DNA of 64,000 bases from the NCBI GenBank assembly GCA_963749495.1, contig CAVVMW010000023.1, positions 829,698 through 893,697 of the forward strand, given 5' to 3'. The position numbers and the translations under genes were made by a program. Below, piece after piece: positions 18,052 through 28,584 of the stretch (within the stretch, counting starts at the first letter, position 1; every line of letters starts with the position of its first letter). The notes below the pieces were generated by a model. The model was not told the DNA's origin and did not search any database. It saw only the letters and a list, made by a program, of their open reading frames with translations. The stretch comes from an uncultured bacterium. GTDB lineage: Bacteria > Verrucomicrobiota > Verrucomicrobiia > Limisphaerales > UBA8199.

Positions 18052-19431
18052 ATGGCGCATCATTCAGACCCCCTTCAGAACCAACTGTCCCGGTGTCTGC
18101 CGGCGCTTCTCCTTTGCTCTCTGGCCTTGGCTGCCCAGGCGGGAGAACCTTCCGCCCCTGTCCCCGTGCCCACGCCCGAGCAGGTCGCCTGGCACGAGGC
18201 CGGGGTGGGCCTTTTCTTCCACTGGGCGCCGAATGTCTATCAGGGCACCGAAGGGGATAACCGCTCCACGCCGCGCGATCAAATCAATCCCGACCGCTTC
18301 AACGCCGAGCAATGGGTAGCGGCGGTCAAGGCCGCCAACGCCGGTTACATGATCTTCGTGGCCAAGCACGTGGGCGGCTACTGTGCCTGGCAGACCAAAA
18401 CGACGGATTATTCCCTCAAAACCTCACCCTGGAAACACGGCCAAGGGGACATGCTCGCCGAGCTCGCCAAGGCTTGCCAGGCGAGAAACGTGCGCTTGGG
18501 CGTTTACTTGTGCCCGCGCGACGATATGCAGGGAGCCGGCGACGGTGGACGCGCGTCCTCCCCGGAAAAACAGGCCGCGTACAACGAAGTCTATCGTCAA
18601 CAGGTCACCGAAATCTTGAGCGGGTACGGCCCAATGTTCGAGATGTGGTTCGACGGAGGAAATGTCGTCCCGATTAACGACCTGATCGATCAGCTCGCGC
18701 CGGGGATCATCGCCTTCCAGGGCCGGCGCACCGGCGGCTCGCGGTGGGTGGGCACCGAGCACGGCTTCGCGCCTTACCCGTGTTGGAACACGATTGACTG
18801 GAAGTCGGGCGAGACGCCCAGGGAAGGCGCCGGCAGCCCCACCGGAAACACCTGGTGTCCGGCGGAATGCGACGTGTCCATTTTGCGCCCGAACTGGTTT
18901 TGGAGCCAAGGCAGTGACCGCCGCATCCTCAGCCTGGATGACCTTGTCGAAATTTACTATATGTCCGTCGGCCACGGGGTGAATCTGCTGCTCAACGCTA
19001 CTCCGGATACCCACGGTGAAGTGCCTGCCGCGCAGATGAAGCGGCTCCAGGAGTTCGGCGACGAAATCCGCGGCCGCTTCGCCCAACCGCTTTACACGGC
19101 CCGAGGCCAGGGAAACGGCCTGTCCTTCGACCTGGGTGGTCAGAAGACGATTGACCATATCGTTCTACGCGAGGACATTCGCAACGGTGAGCGCATCCGG
19201 AAATTCGTGGTCGAAGGCCAGCGTGTGGATGGCGGTTGGACGGCTCTCGCCCAAGGCACGCAAGTCGGCAGCCGCCAGATTATTCCCATTCCCGCGACCT
19301 TCGTGCGGGCGGTTCGGCTGAGCGTGCAAGAGAGCGTCGCCCCAGTGACGATTCGCGAACTATCGGTGTTCCACGTCAACCGTCCGGTCCCGAAGCGGGC
19401 CTACCGCGAAGGCGTTCGGCCCACGAAGTGA
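18052..19431 (+). CDS. alpha-L-fucosidase (GH29) with C-terminal F5/8-like domain
   Basis: LFFHW, FVAKHVGGYCAW, EMWFDG, CPAECDVSI, SVGHGVNLLLN. Confidence 0.9.
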   Translation: MAHHSDPLQNQLSRCLPALLLCSLALAAQAGEPSAPVPVPTPEQVAWHEAGVGLFFHWAPNVYQGTEGDNRSTPRDQINPDRFNAEQWVAAVKAANAGYMIFVAKHVGGYCAWQTKTTDYSLKTSPWKHGQGDMLAELAKACQARNVRLGVYLCPRDDMQGAGDGGRASSPEKQAAYNEVYRQQVTEILSGYGPMFEMWFDGGNVVPINDLIDQLAPGIIAFQGRRTGGSRWVGTEHGFAPYPCWNTIDWKSGETPREGAGSPTGNTWCPAECDVSILRPNWFWSQGSDRRILSLDDLVEIYYMSVGHGVNLLLNATPDTHGEVPAAQMKRLQEFGDEIRGRFAQPLYTARGQGNGLSFDLGGQKTIDHIVLREDIRNGERIRKFVVEGQRVDGGWTALAQGTQVGSRQIIPIPATFVRAVRLSVQESVAPVTIRELSVFHVNRPVPKRAYREGVRPTK

Positions 19432-19437
19432 ATCGGG

Positions 19438-19947
19438 ATGCGCTTCATGACCACGGACCTGCCCGAGGATAAGGGCACCTACGTCCTGATTGCCCAGGTA
19501 ACACAACTGAAACGCCTGGAGATCGGCAGCCTGGGGAAATTCGACATCGTCCCGGGCTTCGATGCTTACGTGGGCAGTGCCTTCGGGTCTGGCGGGCTTC
19601 GAGGACGCCTGGCTCATCACCTGGAATCGACCGCCGAACCCCACTGGCACATCGATTACCTGCTCCGAGTCGCCATTCCCATCGAGGTTTGGTTCACGAC
19701 CGCGGATCGAAAACTGGAGCATCAATGGGCGGAGTTGCTGGAGAACTCCTCGAACTTCCGCGTGCCGATTGCGCGCTTTGGCTCCTCGGATTATCACCGC
19801 AGCCGGACCAGCCACCTTTTCCATTCCAAGCGGTGGCCGTCCTTCGGCTGTTTCCAGCAGCAGGTCCGGAACGGCTTTGAGGGAGTGGAAGTTGACCAAT
19901 ATCAGGTCACGGCCGGCAGTCCTGCGAGACAAGGCAACGGGAGATAG
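19438..19947 (+). CDS. GIY-YIG/Uri superfamily nuclease (DUF123-like)
   Basis: KGTYVL, YVGSAFGSGGLRGRLAHH, HWHIDYLL, FGSSD...SHLF. Confidence 0.8.
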   Translation: MRFMTTDLPEDKGTYVLIAQVTQLKRLEIGSLGKFDIVPGFDAYVGSAFGSGGLRGRLAHHLESTAEPHWHIDYLLRVAIPIEVWFTTADRKLEHQWAELLENSSNFRVPIARFGSSDYHRSRTSHLFHSKRWPSFGCFQQQVRNGFEGVEVDQYQVTAGSPARQGNGR

Positions 19948-19958
19948 ATCCTTATCAC

Positions 19959-21008
19959 TCAAGCCGCGCGGATCAGCCCCCGCATGTATTCCGCGGCAAG
20001 CTGCGCGTTCTGGTCCGCGAACTCAATTCCCACCGTCTGGCCGTTGATGACGGACAGCGGATGACACAGCTCGAAACCGAGATAACCCACGTAACCGATC
20101 TCCTTCATCGCCTGCACGAAGACCGGATAAAACGCCTCTCCCTTGATGGAACCGTCCGCCTCCCGCTTGTACTCACTGCCAAAATGGGAGAGGACCTGCA
20201 ACGGTCCCACCGCCCGGGCGGCGGCCTGAATCACCGCCGGGCTTTTGTCGGGCATAATCGGTACGTCCAGGCAGACCTTCAGATGCGGGGAATTGACCTC
20301 CTGGACCATCCGCAAGACATCCTGGTGGTCTTTGATGACCGGGGCGTGGTTCTGGAGCGCGAGCGTGACCCCGGCGTTGCCGCCATAGCGGGCGGATTCG
20401 ATAAGCCCGGCGCGGCACCACTCCCAGGTCTCCTCGGGGCTGAAAGAGTCGTGGACGGTTTTCCAGAAGCCGCGAGCCAGGTCATAGCGGCCCAATTGCC
20501 GGTGCCGCGTGACCCCCGGCCAGGCCAGGAAGACCCGCACGGTCTTGACCCGCAAGTCAGCCGCCATGCGGATGAGTTCCCGCAGATAGACGATTTGGGC
20601 TTCGCGCACCTCCGGGATAGGGCTGCTCAAGTCGTTGTTCGCCGCCACCGAATAAAGCTCAATGCCCGCGCCCTCCGCCCGCGAGCGCAGTTCCTGACAG
20701 CGGCTTCGGGAGAGGTCCAGAGGATTCCCATGGGGCCGTTTGCCATCAATCTCCACGCCGTCATAGCCGTACTTCCTGGCGCGCTCGATGACCTCTTCCA
20801 GGCTCAGCGCTTCCCCCCGATACCACAGCCCCAGATAGGTGATGCTATAGAGACCGATTTTCATGCCGGTTTTCTTAACCTGGTTGTCCGAGGTTTGGGA
20901 AGCGGGATCGCTGTCCGCAAGGCCGGTGTCATTAACCAGCGCGCCGGCCAGCGCCGAAGCGGCGGTTCGCTCCAGGAAGCGTCTCCGCGAGAGTTGAGTA
21001 GGTTTCAT
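19959..21008 (-). CDS. Tat-exported sugar phosphate isomerase/epimerase (xylose isomerase-like TIM barrel)
   Basis: SRRRFL Tat motif; GYDGVEI, LALQNH, VCLD, YLGFEL. Confidence 0.85.
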   Translation of the reverse strand: MKPTQLSRRRFLERTAASALAGALVNDTGLADSDPASQTSDNQVKKTGMKIGLYSITYLGLWYRGEALSLEEVIERARKYGYDGVEIDGKRPHGNPLDLSRSRCQELRSRAEGAGIELYSVAANNDLSSPIPEVREAQIVYLRELIRMAADLRVKTVRVFLAWPGVTRHRQLGRYDLARGFWKTVHDSFSPEETWEWCRAGLIESARYGGNAGVTLALQNHAPVIKDHQDVLRMVQEVNSPHLKVCLDVPIMPDKSPAVIQAAARAVGPLQVLSHFGSEYKREADGSIKGEAFYPVFVQAMKEIGYVGYLGFELCHPLSVINGQTVGIEFADQNAQLAAEYMRGLIRAA

Positions 21009-22675
21009 TTGGTTTGCGCTTGCAGTAAATCACCGAAGGCCGGCACCAGCGAGTATTTCTTCTGCCAGGGCGTGTACATGAGCCCGCGCACGTTGGGCGT
21101 CCGGCGGGCCAGGTCCACCCAGCTCTGGACATCCTTCAAATCATCCGCGTCGTAATAACACCCCACCAATGTCGCAAAGCCCTGGTCCGCGAAGAAGCGC
21201 AGGCTCTTCTCCCGCGGCGCTCCGCCCCACACGGCGATGATCAGGTCCTTGGGCACGTGCCGCCAGGAACCGGTGAAATCCCCTTCGACAAGGTAGTAAT
21301 CGCCGTGGGCGTTGTGATTGGGATCCAGCATGTCCGACCAGATATAGACCTGGGCATTGGGGCTGTATTTGCGGATGCTCTCGACCTCGCGCGTGATACA
21401 GCGGCCCAGGAGTTCGCCCGTATTCTTTCCTCGGCAGGCCCGGCACGTGCCGCCCATGCGGATTTCGTCCATGTTCAAAAGCACTCGGCCTGGGTGCAAC
21501 CGTTCGGCCAGCAGCCGGGCTTCGTGGTCGAAAAAGTCATAGAGCGCAGGCTCACCCATGCACACCGTAACCTGCCCGTCGTGGATGATCATCGAGTGAT
21601 ACCAACTGACCCGGAGCCGCGCACCCTCCTGGATGCGGCCGCCGGGGAGCAATTTCAAGGGCAGCGCCTCGGCCTCGTCTCGGCCGGGGCGGAGATTGGC
21701 GCTCTGGAGCGGCTCGTAATCCCGGCCCTCGGCATAAGTAACTGCCCCATCCTCGCTCCGGACCGTGACCGGCGTGCCGGGGCGGTGCAAGACGTTCATG
21801 GGGCCGACTTCTTCGAGGGTCCAGTCGTCCAGCCAGACCTTGCCCGCCTTGCCGCCCCAAAGCCCGGCGTAGAGCCGGACCTTGTCACAGCCCAGGCTGT
21901 TGAAGAGCATCGTGAGCTTGCGCCAGTCGGTGGTGGCCGGCAGGTTGAACGAGCGGGGTGCCAGTTCCCGGTTCCCCGTTGGGGCCAGGGCCAAGACCTG
22001 GAAGGCGTGGGCCGGCTGCAAGCCTTCGGTCTTTGCCCAAAGCGTGAGGCGATAGCAGCGGTGCGGGTGCAGGCGCACCTCCTGCATGATCCGGCCATGG
22101 CCATGAGGGTTGGCGGTGAAGTTCTCCAGCCGCAACGAGGCATTGCCGCCATGCTTGACCTCGGTATCCGCAAAGCTGATTTCACCTGGCTGATCCTGAA
22201 GGCTAAAGCCGGTAAGCTTGTTGCCAGCGAATTCCTCGAAACCCCCGTTGGCCAGCAGAGCTCGCTCCCCCGGCACAAACCGCGCCTCGCCGCCCTGCAC
22301 GAGAAACGGCGCGTCCTTGACCGGCACCCCTTCCGCCAGGTTCGGGTCGTGGGCGAGAGCACTGCCGCCATAACCGACCGAGAAGATCGACGGGATCATC
22401 TCGAGATGGTTTCGCTCGCAGGCTTGTCTGACCTCGTCCAGCCGACGAAAGTAATCGGCGGATTTCTGGCAGAGAGTATCCAGGCCGAAGGAGACGACGG
22501 CGCCGTTGCAGCTGTGCTGGCCCGCAGCATCGAGTACACGGGAAATCTCAGGTACGTCGCTGTCCTTACCCAGCCCCCATCCAAATATCCATACAAATCG
22601 GTCGGCGTAGGGTTCGGCAGCGTAAAGATGACCCGCGAGGCTGGCCAGAGCGACGAGGAGGCATGCTGGTTTCAT
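21005..22675 (-). CDS. secreted glycoside hydrolase-like protein with CBM4/9-like insertion (GH20-like barrel)
   Basis: Signal peptide; LLANGGFEE...WLDDWTL module; NMDEIR and IWSDML motifs. Confidence 0.65.
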   Translation of the reverse strand: MKPACLLVALASLAGHLYAAEPYADRFVWIFGWGLGKDSDVPEISRVLDAAGQHSCNGAVVSFGLDTLCQKSADYFRRLDEVRQACERNHLEMIPSIFSVGYGGSALAHDPNLAEGVPVKDAPFLVQGGEARFVPGERALLANGGFEEFAGNKLTGFSLQDQPGEISFADTEVKHGGNASLRLENFTANPHGHGRIMQEVRLHPHRCYRLTLWAKTEGLQPAHAFQVLALAPTGNRELAPRSFNLPATTDWRKLTMLFNSLGCDKVRLYAGLWGGKAGKVWLDDWTLEEVGPMNVLHRPGTPVTVRSEDGAVTYAEGRDYEPLQSANLRPGRDEAEALPLKLLPGGRIQEGARLRVSWYHSMIIHDGQVTVCMGEPALYDFFDHEARLLAERLHPGRVLLNMDEIRMGGTCRACRGKNTGELLGRCITREVESIRKYSPNAQVYIWSDMLDPNHNAHGDYYLVEGDFTGSWRHVPKDLIIAVWGGAPREKSLRFFADQGFATLVGCYYDADDLKDVQSWVDLARRTPNVRGLMYTPWQKKYSLVPAFGDLLQAQTK

Positions 22676-22803
22676 CGTGCGACGAGCTTACCTCTGAACC
22701 AGAAGAGGGGAAGTGAAAAACCGTCATGCTTGCCGCATGGCGTTGCGCACGTGAGTCAGGGATTGGCTGTGCAACTGCCCGCGGTTATCCTGCCCCTGAA
22801 GTG

Positions 22804-23583
22804 ATGAGTGACAGCCTCCAGAGCTCGACCGCCGGCAAGCCGGCACCGGCACCCGTGGTCCGCTGGAAGCGCCGGTTCGTTGTGGCGCTGGCGGCGTGGC
22901 TGGCCGTGGTGTCCAGCCTGGTGCTCGCGCTCAACTGGAGCAAGCGGGGACCCCGGGCCATGGTGCTGATGGCTTGGGGCCTGATCCTGCTCTGGATCGG
23001 CGGCTGCGGCTTGAGCATGTGGCGCTGGCGCGATCGGTGGTGCCGGTTGGCAGACCTCGTGCCACTGCCCTGGATGCTGAAGTTCGTCCTCGGCTGCATC
23101 GCCCTGGCTCTGCTCGAGGAAGCCATTACGACGCTGATGACCAACTGCGCCCCGCTCCTGGGTGTGAGCATCGGCCAGGCTTACATCACCGCTTCCGCCA
23201 ACTACTTCAACGTGGTCCTTTACCATAGCGTGGTGATGTTCGTGCCGTTACTTGTCGGTTGGGCTGTCCTGCTTTGGCGCTGGCGATTCACGCCCTTCGC
23301 CGCGTTCGTTCTGTTCGGGATAACGGGCACCCTCGCCGAAGCCAGCGCCTTCGGGCCTCAGAGCCTGGCCAACTTCGGACTCTGGATCTTCGTCTATGGT
23401 CTGATGGTCTGGTTGCCGGCCCACTGGGCGCCCCCGGAACGGTCTGCCCGCGTGCCGCGGTGGTGGGCGTATCCCCTGGCGACAATCGCGCCCTTCTTCT
23501 TCATGCCCTCGTTGTTCTTACTGGCGCCCTGGCTCTGGCTGACGGCCAAGCACCCTCCGATTCACTTTCCACCGATTCACTGA
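22804..23583 (+). CDS. integral membrane hypothetical protein
   Basis: About 7 hydrophobic segments. Confidence 0.7.
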   Translation: MSDSLQSSTAGKPAPAPVVRWKRRFVVALAAWLAVVSSLVLALNWSKRGPRAMVLMAWGLILLWIGGCGLSMWRWRDRWCRLADLVPLPWMLKFVLGCIALALLEEAITTLMTNCAPLLGVSIGQAYITASANYFNVVLYHSVVMFVPLLVGWAVLLWRWRFTPFAAFVLFGITGTLAEASAFGPQSLANFGLWIFVYGLMVWLPAHWAPPERSARVPRWWAYPLATIAPFFFMPSLFLLAPWLWLTAKHPPIHFPPIH

Positions 23584-23784
23584 GACGGCATCCCTTTTTC
23601 CCGACGGGCGCACGTCCGGCAGGCTCAGGTCATGTCTGCTCGCCCACAACCCGATTCGTCCCACGCGCGGCCTGCAGCAATCGATCCAGCAGCCCGCGGG
23701 GCTTGGTCGGCGCGCCAAAATCCTGGCCCTAAGTGCCGCCGCCGGCGACCAGGGCATCAGGTCAGCGGTTGGAGGGGCGGAGCC

Positions 23785-23900
23785 AAGCTCTCCAATGACG
23801 GCTATGGATTACTGCCGGCGTTCGCGGACGGTTTGCTGGATCGGATGCCTGCCGGGATTACACTCATTGACGGCAACGAAGCAGCCTATCGCTACAACAG
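23785..23900 (+). pseudogene. internal fragment of a hypothetical glycosidase-like gene
   Basis: Protein-like island YGLLPAFADGLLDRMPAGITLIDGNEAAYRY without a credible start or end. Confidence 0.35.
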
Positions 23901-23945
23901 CGACGCGGCTGGACTTTGGCGGTGGGGTGGGGCATTAAGGCACGA

Positions 23946-25316
23946 ATGTCGAACGGAAACACCCAAGTTCTGGCTGAATCGGCGCCTTCGGGCTCCAGCG
24001 GAGGATTCAGGCGGGTGCTCTCGCTCTGGGACCTGGTGCTGTTCGGCCTGGCATTCGTTGGACCGACCGCGCCCTATTCGATGTTTGGCCTCGCCACGGT
24101 GAAGTCGCAAGGACACCTCCCCTTGGTCTATCTGCTGGCCATGGTGGTCATGAGCCTGACGGCCATCAGCTACGGGCGGATGGCGGCGGTGTACCCGGAG
24201 GCTGGGTCCACCTACGCCTACGCCTCCAAAGGACTGCACCCATACCTGGGCTTTTTGGCCGGTTGGGGCATGATCCTGGACTATGTGCTGATCCCATTGC
24301 TCAGCGTCATCTATGTCGCATTGACGGCAAGCAAGCTGGTCCCGCAGGTTCCCTACTGGCTTTGGGCCGTGGCGACGGCGGTCGGAATCACACTGATTAA
24401 TCTGCGGGGCATCCGCGTCACTGCCCGCGCCAACCTCGTCTTGAATGCGATCATGATCGGTTCGCTGGCCTGGTTTGTTCTGGTGGCGCTGCGGGCGCTC
24501 TTGGGCGGAGCCGGCGAGGGAGTCTTGTTCTCCTCGAAGCCCTTTTACTCTCCCGAGCATTTCGCGTGGAAACCGATCCTGGGCGCCACGTCACTGGCGG
24601 CCTTGTCTTACCTGGGCTTTGACGGGATCAGCACCCTTTCCGAGGATGCGAAAAACCCCGGCAGGGATGTCTGGCGCGCCACGTTGCTGGTCTGCTTTCT
24701 GGCCGGCGGGCTTTTTGTGCTGCAGAGCTATCTCGGCCAGATGGTCTGGCCCGATTACACCACGTTCCATCCCGTGGAGACGGCGTTTATGGACCTCAGC
24801 AAACGGATCGGCGGCAGCGCGCTCTATCTCTGCATTTCCTTCGTGCTGGTGGTGGGCGGCTTGGCCAGTGCCATCACGGGGCAGGCCAGCGCCTCGCGTC
24901 TGTTGGTGGGGATGGGGCGGGACGCTCTCTTGCCCCGGAGGTCGTTTGCCTTTGTCCATCCGCGGTTGGGGACGCCGGTGTACAGCGTCGTGCTCATGGG
25001 CGCCATTCATCTGGCAGGCGCCCTCGTCCTCCGCTACGCCGAAGTGGCTGAACTCGTCAACTTTGGGGCCCTGCTTGGCTTCATGCTCGTCAACTTGGCA
25101 GTGGTCCGGCAGTTCTTCTTCCGCTTGCAGCAGAGGGCCATCGGGTTGAACCTCGCCATTCCATTGGCGGGGTTTGCGGTCTGCTTCTGTCTCTGGGTGA
25201 ACCTGTCCGGGTTCGCCCTGAAGCTGGGCGCCGGCTGGCTGATGTTGGGTCTCATTTACCTTCTGGTCCTGACTCGCGGCTTCCGCAGAACTCTGGTCAG
25301 CCTGCGATTCGAATGA
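23946..25316 (+). CDS. APC family amino acid/polyamine permease (PuuP/PlaP-like)
   Basis: LSLWDLVLFGL, PEAGSTYAYA, LSYLGFDGISTLSE, HPRLGTP; about 12 TM. Confidence 0.9.
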   Translation: MSNGNTQVLAESAPSGSSGGFRRVLSLWDLVLFGLAFVGPTAPYSMFGLATVKSQGHLPLVYLLAMVVMSLTAISYGRMAAVYPEAGSTYAYASKGLHPYLGFLAGWGMILDYVLIPLLSVIYVALTASKLVPQVPYWLWAVATAVGITLINLRGIRVTARANLVLNAIMIGSLAWFVLVALRALLGGAGEGVLFSSKPFYSPEHFAWKPILGATSLAALSYLGFDGISTLSEDAKNPGRDVWRATLLVCFLAGGLFVLQSYLGQMVWPDYTTFHPVETAFMDLSKRIGGSALYLCISFVLVVGGLASAITGQASASRLLVGMGRDALLPRRSFAFVHPRLGTPVYSVVLMGAIHLAGALVLRYAEVAELVNFGALLGFMLVNLAVVRQFFFRLQQRAIGLNLAIPLAGFAVCFCLWVNLSGFALKLGAGWLMLGLIYLLVLTRGFRRTLVSLRFE

Positions 25317-28300
25317 AACGGTCGATCCTCCTCCTTTTCGTCATTCTTGCCGCCGCGGCCGACGCCGCAAATCCTCCCGTCCGGAGTTATACCGGCACTT
25401 TGACCATCCCGACCTACGAGCCCGGTGCGCGGGAACTGGAACCCGCGCTCTTTTCGAACTCGAGCGTGGCCGGGATGTACCCGTTTCCGAGCTACCTTCT
25501 GCCCTGGCGTGAGGGTTCGCCGGTGCCCAAGACCTACCACGCCGTTTTCCTCGAAAATGAGTTCCTTAAGCTGACTTACCTGCCCGAGTTGGGCGGCCGC
25601 ATCTTTTCCGTGTTCGACAAGCTCCGCAACCGCGAAGTCTTTTACCGAAACGACGTCATCAAGCCGGCGCCCTACAACCCCCGCATGAGCTGGCCGCAGT
25701 CCGGGCTGGAGTTGACCGGCCCCCACGACGTCCACATGCTCACGCTGCACGGCGAACCGTTCTGGTCGCACCGCATTGTGCCGCGCGAGGGCGGAGCCGT
25801 CTCGCTGGTGCTCGGCGAGACCGATCCCATCTACCAGATGGAAGTGACGCTTTCCGCCACGCTCCATCCCGGCGTCGCCGCGCTGGAGATCGGCGTCTTC
25901 TGCTACAACCCGCGCGACGCGCGCATGCCGCAGATGTTCTGGATCAACAGCGCTGTTCCCGCCACTCCCGGGACGCGGTTCCTCTATCAGATGTCGCGCA
26001 CGGTCGGCCATACGACCGCCGACATCGCCGACTGGCCGGTGCACAACGGCGTCGACTATAGTTGGGACCGCAACAACCAGCATATGCTGGGGCTGTTCGG
26101 CATCGATGCCTATGACGATTTCAACGGCGCCTACCAGTTTGACCGCGACTACGGCGTGTTCCGTTACGCCGACCGCCGCATCGTGCAGGGCATGAAACTG
26201 TGGACCTTCGGCTACGGCCCGGGTGCGAAGGACCACGAGCGCGGTTATACCGATAACGCCGGTCCTTACGTCGAGTTGCAGAGCGGGCGCCACGTGTGGG
26301 ACGGGCATTACGAATGGATAGCCCCGCATAAAACCGAGGCCTGGACCGAGTGGTGGGTGCCCGTGGCCGGGACCCACGGCGTTACCAGCCTGACCAGCGA
26401 AGCCGCGCTGAACCTCGAAGTGGACAAAGGGACCCTCAGGATCGCGCTGGCCGCGACCCGCCGAATTCCGCACGCGCAACTGGTGGCCAGCGCCCGTACC
26501 GGCGAGATCGGACGCGCTGAGGTTGACCTGGACCCTGCCAAACCCGTCCGCCGGGACTTTCCGACCGGGACCAGCTACCTGGCCGAGCTGCGAATACGAG
26601 TCGCCGAGCCTGGTGGTCACACCGTTCTCGACTACCGCCGCCCCGACTCCCACCCCAGGGAATATACGCCCTTCACCAAGCCGCTGGAATTGCCGCGGAG
26701 GTCCCCGGAGCAGATGAGCGTCGAGGAACTCGTTTTGGCGGCGGAGTTTCGGTCCAAGGAACTCGATGCTGCGGGAGCAACGGCACTGCTCGAAAAGGCG
26801 CTCGAACGGGACCCGGGATATTCGCGGGCGCACCTGCTGCTGGGGATCCAGGCATTCACGGCCGGCAGGCACGAAGAGGCGGTGCGCAGCCTCGAAACAG
26901 CCATCGCCCGCGACCCCTATACGGACGAGGCGTACTACTACCTGGCAATGGCCCAGCTCGCCCTGGGCCGCGACAAAGAAGGTGAGAGGAACCTCTACTA
27001 CATTTGGCCCATCAGCGCCTATTATGGCGGGCGCGAGTTTCACCTGGGCCGGCTCAAGCTGCTCGCCGGCGATAAGGCCGCTGCCCTGGAGCGCTTCCGA
27101 GGCGCAGTGGACGCCAACGCGCGCAACCTGCTCTCCCGTCTCGCTCTGGCGCTGCTCTATAGGGAACTTGGCCGCACCGCCGAGGCGCGCGAGCAACTCG
27201 CCACGGTCGAGAAGATCGATCCCAACCACCGCGTCGTCTTCGCGGAAAAATACTTCGCCACGGCCCACAAGACGGCGGAACGGGAACTCCTGCGCATGTT
27301 GGGAGGACAAAGCCAGGAGGCGATTCCGGTTTCGATTTTCTACCGCCAACTCGGGCGGTGGAAGGAGGCGGTTCGCCTGCTGCGATTGGTCGAAGCCAAC
27401 AACCAGGATCCCTGGGGCACGCCGCCGGAGTTCTACTACACACTGGCCTATTGCCAGAAGCGTGCGGGAGATGCCGACGGCGCCGAAACATCCCTGCGGA
27501 AGGCGCGAGCCGCCGCGGGCAGCATCGATCGCTTCCCCTACCGGGACGAAGCGGAGCCGGTTTTGCGCGAAGCGGTCGCCGCTCATCCCGGCGACGCGCT
27601 TGCCCGTTTTCTGCTGGGCTGCTTGCTCTACTGGCGGAATCAGCGGCCGCAGGCCATCGAGCAGTGGGAAGTTGCCGTCGCGGCCAATCCATCGGATTTC
27701 TCGTTGCGGCGGGCGCTTGGATTGGCTTACGCCGAGCAAGGCTTTCCTCTCAAGAAGGCTGCCGCGCAACTGGAGCGCGCGGTCCAGCTTCAGCCGACCA
27801 ACCTCCGTGTCCTGAATGATCTCGGCTCACTCTATGCGCGCGCCGGGCGTTTTGGAGATCAGTTGAGTCTGCTCCGCAAGGCACTGGCCCGAACCCCGGG
27901 GGACGACAACCTCGCCGAAGGCGTGCTGACCGCCCACCTGAGCGAAGGCAATTACGCGGACGCCAAGCAACTGTTGGCGGAGCACCGGTTCGCCCCGCGC
28001 CATCGCAGCTATGGTCTGCGCGACAAATACCGGGTGATGCGCTACGGGCAGGGCGCTCGCGCCTATCGGAGCGGCGACTATGCCGCGGCGCTGCGCCGAA
28101 TCCAGGAGGCGACCGTGCCGCCCACCTCTTTGGGCGTGGACGATTTCCAGGGCCAGACCTCGCCCCGCTTGAATTACTACGCCGGCCTCGTTCTCCGAAA
28201 ACTCGGCCGCAACGAGGAAGCCCGGCAGAGCTTCGAACGCGCCGTCTCGGAGCTTGCCCAGCTCTCCGGCGACCGCGATAGCTGGAACAGCGAGAATTTC

Positions 28301-28570
28301 TTCATGGTGCCGGCCCTGGAGAAGCTGGGCCGGTCAACCGAGGCAGCCGCTCTCAGACAGCGGTTTGAAAACTTCGCCCTTTCGGAGCGCGACTCGAACA
28401 ACGCGCACCACCGGGCGGAAGCGCGCTACCTCCTGGGGTTGGTGCGGAGAAACGGGGGCCACACCGATGAAGCCAAGGCGCTCGTCGCTGAAGCCCTCGC
28501 TGCCCGACCCGATTTGCTCCCGGCAAGACTCGAACAGCGCGGCGACGTCATCAATGCTCTGTCCGAATGA
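25313..28570 (+). CDS. DUF5107 domain + TPR repeat protein
   Basis: LENEFLKLTYLPELGGRI, YRNDVIKP, KLWTFG, YTDNAGPYVELQSG followed by many TPRs; ATGA overlap with the permease. Confidence 0.85.
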   Translation: MKRSILLLFVILAAAADAANPPVRSYTGTLTIPTYEPGARELEPALFSNSSVAGMYPFPSYLLPWREGSPVPKTYHAVFLENEFLKLTYLPELGGRIFSVFDKLRNREVFYRNDVIKPAPYNPRMSWPQSGLELTGPHDVHMLTLHGEPFWSHRIVPREGGAVSLVLGETDPIYQMEVTLSATLHPGVAALEIGVFCYNPRDARMPQMFWINSAVPATPGTRFLYQMSRTVGHTTADIADWPVHNGVDYSWDRNNQHMLGLFGIDAYDDFNGAYQFDRDYGVFRYADRRIVQGMKLWTFGYGPGAKDHERGYTDNAGPYVELQSGRHVWDGHYEWIAPHKTEAWTEWWVPVAGTHGVTSLTSEAALNLEVDKGTLRIALAATRRIPHAQLVASARTGEIGRAEVDLDPAKPVRRDFPTGTSYLAELRIRVAEPGGHTVLDYRRPDSHPREYTPFTKPLELPRRSPEQMSVEELVLAAEFRSKELDAAGATALLEKALERDPGYSRAHLLLGIQAFTAGRHEEAVRSLETAIARDPYTDEAYYYLAMAQLALGRDKEGERNLYYIWPISAYYGGREFHLGRLKLLAGDKAAALERFRGAVDANARNLLSRLALALLYRELGRTAEAREQLATVEKIDPNHRVVFAEKYFATAHKTAERELLRMLGGQSQEAIPVSIFYRQLGRWKEAVRLLRLVEANNQDPWGTPPEFYYTLAYCQKRAGDADGAETSLRKARAAAGSIDRFPYRDEAEPVLREAVAAHPGDALARFLLGCLLYWRNQRPQAIEQWEVAVAANPSDFSLRRALGLAYAEQGFPLKKAAAQLERAVQLQPTNLRVLNDLGSLYARAGRFGDQLSLLRKALARTPGDDNLAEGVLTAHLSEGNYADAKQLLAEHRFAPRHRSYGLRDKYRVMRYGQGARAYRSGDYAAALRRIQEATVPPTSLGVDDFQGQTSPRLNYYAGLVLRKLGRNEEARQSFERAVSELAQLSGDRDSWNSENFFMVPALEKLGRSTEAAALRQRFENFALSERDSNNAHHRAEARYLLGLVRRNGGHTDEAKALVAEALAARPDLLPARLEQRGDVINALSE

Positions 28571-28584
28571 TCTCTACGGTTTTA

